Below, one piece after another: positions 59,215 to 64,000 of a stretch of DNA of 64,000 nucleotides (position 1 is its first letter; each line of letters begins with the position of its first letter). This DNA comes from Yoonia sp. (GTDB lineage: Bacteria > Pseudomonadota > Alphaproteobacteria > Rhodobacterales > Rhodobacteraceae): assembly GCF_030731595.1 (NCBI RefSeq), contig NZ_JANQTS010000009.1, positions 7 to 64,006 on the forward strand. Direction: 5' to 3'. The notes below the pieces were generated by a model. The model was not told where the DNA came from and did no database searches. It worked only from the letters and a program-made list of their open reading frames with translations. A program made the translations under genes and the position numbers.

Positions 59215-62200
59215 ATGACCGACTTTAAGAAAATCCTGATTGCCAACCGAGGCGAGATTGCGATCCGCATCATGCGTGCCGCCAATGAGATGGGCAAGAA
59301 GACGGTCGCGATCTTTGCCGAAGAGGATAAATTGGGCCTGCACCGCTTCAAGGCGGATGAAGCCTACCGGATCGGCGAAAACCTCGGGCCTGTTGCGGCC
59401 TATCTTTCGATTGATGAAATCATCCGCGTCGCCAAAATGTCGGGCGCCGATGCGATCCACCCCGGTTATGGGCTGCTGTCAGAGAACCCTGACTTTGTCG
59501 ATGCCTGTACCGCCAACGGGATCACATTCATCGGGCCCAAGGCCGAAACCATGCGCCAGTTGGGCGACAAGGCCAGCGCCCGCCGCGTGGCGATGGAGGC
59601 CGGCGTACCCGTCATTCCCGCCACGGAAGTGCTTGGCGATGATATGGCCGCAATCAAGAAAGAAGCGGCCGCTGTCGGCTATCCGCTGATGCTCAAGGCC
59701 TCTTGGGGCGGCGGCGGGCGCGGCATGCGCCCGATCATGAACGAAAGCGAGCTAGAGGAAAAAGTCCTGGAAGGCCGCCGCGAGGCCGAAGCCGCCTTTG
59801 GCAATGGCGAAGGCTATCTGGAAAAGATGATCATGCGCGCGCGCCACGTGGAAGTGCAGATCCTCGGTGACAGCCACGGCCAGATTTACCACCTGTGGGA
59901 ACGCGACTGTTCCGTCCAGCGCCGCAACCAAAAGGTGGTTGAGCGCGCCCCTGCCCCCTACCTCAGCGAAACCCAGCGCGAACAGATCTGCAATCTGGGC
60001 AAAAAGCTATGCCAGCACGTAAACTACGAATGCGCGGGCACGGTCGAATTCCTGATGGATATGGACAGCGGCGAGTTCTATTTTATCGAAGTGAACCCCC
60101 GTGTGCAGGTCGAACATACCGTGACGGAAGAGGTCACTGGCATCGACATTGTCCGCGCACAGATCCTGATCGCCGAGGGCAAATCACTGGTCGAGGCCAC
60201 AGGCTGCGCCAGCCAGTATGACGTGAAACTGGACGGCCATGCCCTGCAATGTCGGGTGACGACCGAAGACCCGCAGAACAACTTTATCCCTGACTATGGC
60301 CGCATCCAGATGTATCGCTCGGCCACAGGACCCGGTATTCGTCTGGACGGTGGCACCGCCTATTCGGGCGCTGTGATCACGCGCTATTATGACAGCTTGC
60401 TGACCAAAGTGACCGCCCGCGCGCCGACGCCGGAAATGGCCATCGCACGGATGGACCGCGCCTTGCGCGAATTCCGAATTCGCGGTGTGTCGACCAATAT
60501 CGCCTTTGTGGAAAACCTGCTCAAGCACCCGACATTCCTGAACAACGAATACCACACCAAATTCATCGACGAGACGCCGGAGCTTTTCAAATTCTCCAAG
60601 CGGCGCGACAGGGCCACGAAAATCCTGACCTATATCGCCGATATCACCGTGAACGGGCATCCAGAGACCGTGGGCCGTCCGCGCCCTGCTGCCGATGTGA
60701 AAAAACCGCGTCCGCCGGTGAAACCGACAATTGAGGTGACACCGGGTACCCGCAACATCCTGGACCAATTCGGGCCAGAGGCCGTGGCCGATTGGATGCG
60801 CGACCAAAAGCAGCTTCTGATCACCGACACCACGATGCGCGACGGGCACCAGTCCCTGCTGGCCACGCGGATGCGCTCGATCGACATGATCAACGCGGCT
60901 CCTGCCTATGCCACCAAGATGCACCAGCTTTTCAGCGTCGAGTGCTGGGGCGGGGCAACTTTCGATGTGGCCTACCGCTTTTTGCAGGAATGCCCGTGGC
61001 AGCGCCTGCGCGACATCCGCGCGGCGATGCCCAATATCATGACCCAAATGCTGCTGCGTGCCTCCAACGGTGTGGGCTACACCAATTACCCCGATAACGT
61101 GGTGCAAAGCTTTGTGGCGCAGGCCGCAACATCCGGCGTCGATGTCTTCCGTGTGTTCGACAGCCTGAACTGGGTGGAAAACATGCGCGTGGCGATGGAT
61201 GCCGTGATCAAGGCCGAAAAAGTCTGCGAAGGCACGATCTGCTATACCGGCGATCTGCTTGATCCCAACCGGTCAAAATACGACCTCAAATATTACGTCG
61301 GCATGGCCAAGGAACTGGAAGCCGCAGGCGCGCATGTGCTGGGCCTCAAGGATATGGCGGGCCTGATGAAACCGGCAGCGGCCACGGCTTTGGTCAAGGC
61401 GCTGAAGGACGAAATCAACCTGCCGATCCATTTCCACACGCATGACACTTCGGGGGCGGCCATCGCCACGATCCTTGCCGCCTCTGCCGCCGGTGTTGAC
61501 TGTGTTGATGCGGCGATGGATGCGCTGTCGGGCAACACGTCCCAGCCCACCCTCGGGTCGATCGTAGAGGCCCTGCGCGGCGATGCCCGCGACACCGGCC
61601 TTGATATCAAGGCGATCCGCGAGATCAGCAACTACTTTGAACAGGTCCGCGCGCATTACGCGGCCTTTGAAAGCGGGCTACAGGCCCCCGCCTCCGAGGT
61701 CTATTTGCACGAAATGCCCGGTGGGCAGTTCACCAACCTCAAAGCACAGGCGCGCTCGCTGGGGCTGGAAGAACGCTGGCACGAAGTCGCCCAGACCTAT
61801 GCGGATGTGAACCAGATGTTCGGCGATATCGTCAAGGTCACGCCGTCATCAAAGGTGGTGGGCGACATGGCCCTGATGATGGTCAGCCAAGGGCTGACCC
61901 GCGCGCAGGTCGAAGACCCTGCTGTCGAAGTTGTCTTCCCTGACAGCGTTGTGGAGATGATGCACGGCAATCTGGGCCAACCTCCCGGTGGCTGGCCGAA
62001 AGCGATCCAGAAGAAGATCCTGAAAGGCGAAAAGCCGATCACGGAACGCCCGGGCAAGCATTTGCCGCCCGTCGATCTGGACGCCGCCCGTGCCGATCTG
62101 ATCAAGCAGCTTGAGGGCAAGACGATTGATGACGAAGACCTCAACGGCTATCTGATGTACCCCAAGGTTTTCCTTGATTATATGGGCCGCCATAGGATCT

Positions 62201-62658
62201 ACGGCCCCGTGCGGACATTACCCACGCGCACTTTCTTTTACGGGATGGAACCGGGCGAAGAGATCACCGCCGAAATCGACCCCGGCAAAACGCTTGAAAT
62301 ACGGATGCAGGCCGTGGCGGATGCGAATGAAGACGGCGAGGTCAAAGTCTTTTTCGAACTTAACGGCCAGCCGCGCACGATCCGCGTGATGAACCGCTTG
62401 GCCGCCGCCGACAAGGTCCAGCGACCCAAAGCCGATATCAGCAATCACAACCATATCGGTGCGCCGATGCCGGGAGTTGTGGCAACCGTGGCCGCCACTG
62501 CGGGCAAAGAGGTCAAAGCGGGCGATCTGCTGCTGACCATCGAGGCTATGAAGATGGAAACCGGCATTCATGCCGAGCGGGACGCGGTCATCAAGGCCGT
62601 GCATGTCCAAGCGGGTAGCCAGATTGACGCCAAGGACCTGTTGGTGGAGTTGGAGTGA
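59215..62658 (+). CDS. pyc: Pyruvate carboxylase
   Basis: Biotin carboxylase (LIANRGE), carboxyltransferase (RDGHQSL, WGGATFD, HFHTHD) and biotin carrier (EAMKME) domains. Confidence 0.98.
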   Translation: MTDFKKILIANRGEIAIRIMRAANEMGKKTVAIFAEEDKLGLHRFKADEAYRIGENLGPVAAYLSIDEIIRVAKMSGADAIHPGYGLLSENPDFVDACTANGITFIGPKAETMRQLGDKASARRVAMEAGVPVIPATEVLGDDMAAIKKEAAAVGYPLMLKASWGGGGRGMRPIMNESELEEKVLEGRREAEAAFGNGEGYLEKMIMRARHVEVQILGDSHGQIYHLWERDCSVQRRNQKVVERAPAPYLSETQREQICNLGKKLCQHVNYECAGTVEFLMDMDSGEFYFIEVNPRVQVEHTVTEEVTGIDIVRAQILIAEGKSLVEATGCASQYDVKLDGHALQCRVTTEDPQNNFIPDYGRIQMYRSATGPGIRLDGGTAYSGAVITRYYDSLLTKVTARAPTPEMAIARMDRALREFRIRGVSTNIAFVENLLKHPTFLNNEYHTKFIDETPELFKFSKRRDRATKILTYIADITVNGHPETVGRPRPAADVKKPRPPVKPTIEVTPGTRNILDQFGPEAVADWMRDQKQLLITDTTMRDGHQSLLATRMRSIDMINAAPAYATKMHQLFSVECWGGATFDVAYRFLQECPWQRLRDIRAAMPNIMTQMLLRASNGVGYTNYPDNVVQSFVAQAATSGVDVFRVFDSLNWVENMRVAMDAVIKAEKVCEGTICYTGDLLDPNRSKYDLKYYVGMAKELEAAGAHVLGLKDMAGLMKPAAATALVKALKDEINLPIHFHTHDTSGAAIATILAASAAGVDCVDAAMDALSGNTSQPTLGSIVEALRGDARDTGLDIKAIREISNYFEQVRAHYAAFESGLQAPASEVYLHEMPGGQFTNLKAQARSLGLEERWHEVAQTYADVNQMFGDIVKVTPSSKVVGDMALMMVSQGLTRAQVEDPAVEVVFPDSVVEMMHGNLGQPPGGWPKAIQKKILKGEKPITERPGKHLPPVDLDAARADLIKQLEGKTIDDEDLNGYLMYPKVFLDYMGRHRIYGPVRTLPTRTFFYGMEPGEEITAEIDPGKTLEIRMQAVADANEDGEVKVFFELNGQPRTIRVMNRLAAADKVQRPKADISNHNHIGAPMPGVVATVAATAGKEVKAGDLLLTIEAMKMETGIHAERDAVIKAVHVQAGSQIDAKDLLVELE

Positions 62659-63044
62659 GCCAGCACCTTGCCCTCTTGTCGATCCTCGTGCCGGACTATG
62701 ACGCAGGGCTCGCATTCTTCGTAGGGCAAATGGGGTTTGACCTTCTGGAAGACACCGACCTTGGGGCCGGCAAACGCTGGGTGCGGGTGGCGCCCAAGGG
62801 CGCACAAACCGGATTTCTGCTGGCCCGCGCTGTTGGCGACGCTCAGGTGGCCGCGATTGGCGCACAAGGCGGCGGACGTGTCTGGCTGTTCTTGCAGACC
62901 GACGATTTTTCGGGCGATTACAAACGGATGCGCGAAAACGCTGTGGTCTTCGAGGAAGCGCCCCGCACAGAGCCTTACGGGCAAGTCGCGGTGTTTGCTG
63001 ATCCGTTCGGAAACCGTTGGGATTTGATCCAGTTCAAGGATTAG
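62655..63044 (+). CDS. VOC/glyoxalase family protein
   Basis: V.DYDA..FF, RWVRV, PYG.VAVF.DPFGN.WDL pattern; GTGA overlap with pyc. Confidence 0.88.
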   Translation: MSQHLALLSILVPDYDAGLAFFVGQMGFDLLEDTDLGAGKRWVRVAPKGAQTGFLLARAVGDAQVAAIGAQGGGRVWLFLQTDDFSGDYKRMRENAVVFEEAPRTEPYGQVAVFADPFGNRWDLIQFKD

Positions 63045-63049
63045 GCGAC

Positions 63050-63865
63050 ATGCAAAAAATCCTGTTCCTCAGCGATCTGCACATCTGTGCGCCGGGCGCG
63101 ACGATCATCGGGCTTGATCCGGCGGCGCGGCTGCAAAAGGCGCTGGATGCGGCACTGACCGCTCATGGGGATGCGGCAGCGCTGATCGTGCTGGGCGATC
63201 TGACCCACCACGGACTGCCCGAAGAATACGCCGTTCTGCGTGGCATCCTTGAGGCCGTCCCGATCCCGATCATCCCGATGCTGGGGAACCACGACCGGCG
63301 CGAGGCGTTCCTTGCCGCGTTCCCCAAGGCCCCGCAGACGGAATCGGGCCATATCCAGCATGTCTTTGACCTTGAAAACCACCGGATCATCACACTCGAT
63401 TCGCTTGATGGCCCGCCCTATCCCGAGGGGCATCATGCAGGCCGCCTTTGCCACGCGCGTTTGGCATTTCTAGAGGATGCGCTGGTGTCGCGGGAGGGTC
63501 GGCAAGCGATCGTCTGCATCCATCACCCGCCTTTTGCGACGGGCATCGTCGGCATGGATTTGATCAGGCTTGCTCAGGGTGACTCCTTTCTGGACCTGCT
63601 GGCACGTCATGGCGCTGTCCACCTGATCTGCGGGCATGTGCATCGCACCATGTCCGGCAGCATACGGGGCGTGCCATGGAGCATGTTCAAAAGTCCCTGT
63701 CATCAGGGGGTGATTGATCTTGAGACGCCCAATTCGCATCTGTCATCAAACGAACCCGGCGCATACGGGCTGGCCCTGCTCTCTGACGACGGCGTGATCG
63801 TACATAGCGAAGATGTCGGAATCAAAGACCGCCGTGTCTATGGCGGCTACAGCACCGACGATTGA
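63050..63865 (+). CDS. Calcineurin-like metallophosphoesterase (CpdA/GpdQ-like phosphodiesterase)
   Basis: SDLH, GDLT, GNHD, HHPP and GHVH motifs. Confidence 0.9.
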   Translation: MQKILFLSDLHICAPGATIIGLDPAARLQKALDAALTAHGDAAALIVLGDLTHHGLPEEYAVLRGILEAVPIPIIPMLGNHDRREAFLAAFPKAPQTESGHIQHVFDLENHRIITLDSLDGPPYPEGHHAGRLCHARLAFLEDALVSREGRQAIVCIHHPPFATGIVGMDLIRLAQGDSFLDLLARHGAVHLICGHVHRTMSGSIRGVPWSMFKSPCHQGVIDLETPNSHLSSNEPGAYGLALLSDDGVIVHSEDVGIKDRRVYGGYSTDD

Positions 63866-63961
63866 CTGACAGAATGACCATCAGGAAATTCTGGGCCGAT
63901 ATGTGATTTTGGTCTTGCAGAACGCAAAGCTTCTTTATAGATCAGCCCTCACGAAACGGAT

Positions 63962-64000
63962 GCGGGCGTAGCTCAGGGGTAGAGCATAACCTTGCCAAGG
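63962..64000 (+). tRNA. tRNA-Gly(GCC), 5' part (truncated by the window end)
   Basis: GCGGGCG-TA-GCTC-AGGGGTA-GAGC D-arm, then AACC-TTGCCAA-GG anticodon arm. Sigma70-like TTGCAG-N17-TAGATC at 63915-63943. Confidence 0.93.

Noticed and set aside
1-64000. Mobile elements, prophage or defence systems
   Set aside because: No integrase, transposase, phage structural, toxin-antitoxin, R-M or other defence ORF was recognised; nearly all coding space is explained by core genes.

Overview
Core-chromosome window of a ~60% GC alphaproteobacterium. Gene content and order point to Rhodobacterales, probably the Roseobacter group (inference). The centre (~26.0-50.8 kb, minus strand) is the dcw cluster: mraZ-rsmH-ftsL-ftsI-murE-murF-mraY-murD-ftsW-murG-murC-murB-ddl-ftsQ-ftsA-ftsZ, followed by lpxC-bamD-recN. 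The flanks carry housekeeping genes (trkH, glcB/glcG, pepN, gatB, bolA, J-domain protein, cobS/cobT, aminopeptidase P, CLC, apbC/mrp, uvrD, lldD-like oxidase, pyc) and a tRNA-Gly(GCC) cut by the window end. I found no integrase, transposase, prophage gene or CRISPR array. Most of the interest is non-coding or small. (1) A DUF1127 gene is followed by seven CCUCCUCCC-loop hairpins (CcsR/cuckoo-type sRNA array). (2) A long terminator-bearing mraZ leader resembles UpsM and has 10-bp-phased TGG boxes. (3) Two distantly paralogous 95-aa membrane-protein genes sit between murC and murB; the distal one has lower GC, two TGAAC-N3-GTTCA operators over its own promoter, and overlaps the murB start. This is my best candidate for something undescribed. 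(4) An AT-rich, structured, terminator-ended gap between clc and recN may encode an unannotated + strand RNA. (5) There is also an inverted-domain (NewPHL-type) photolyase, a CLC with non-canonical selectivity motifs, an FnrL-type box before a hemG-like gene, an alphaproteobacterial SOS box before uvrD, and REP-like palindromes. All family assignments come from motif recognition by eye; no database search was run.
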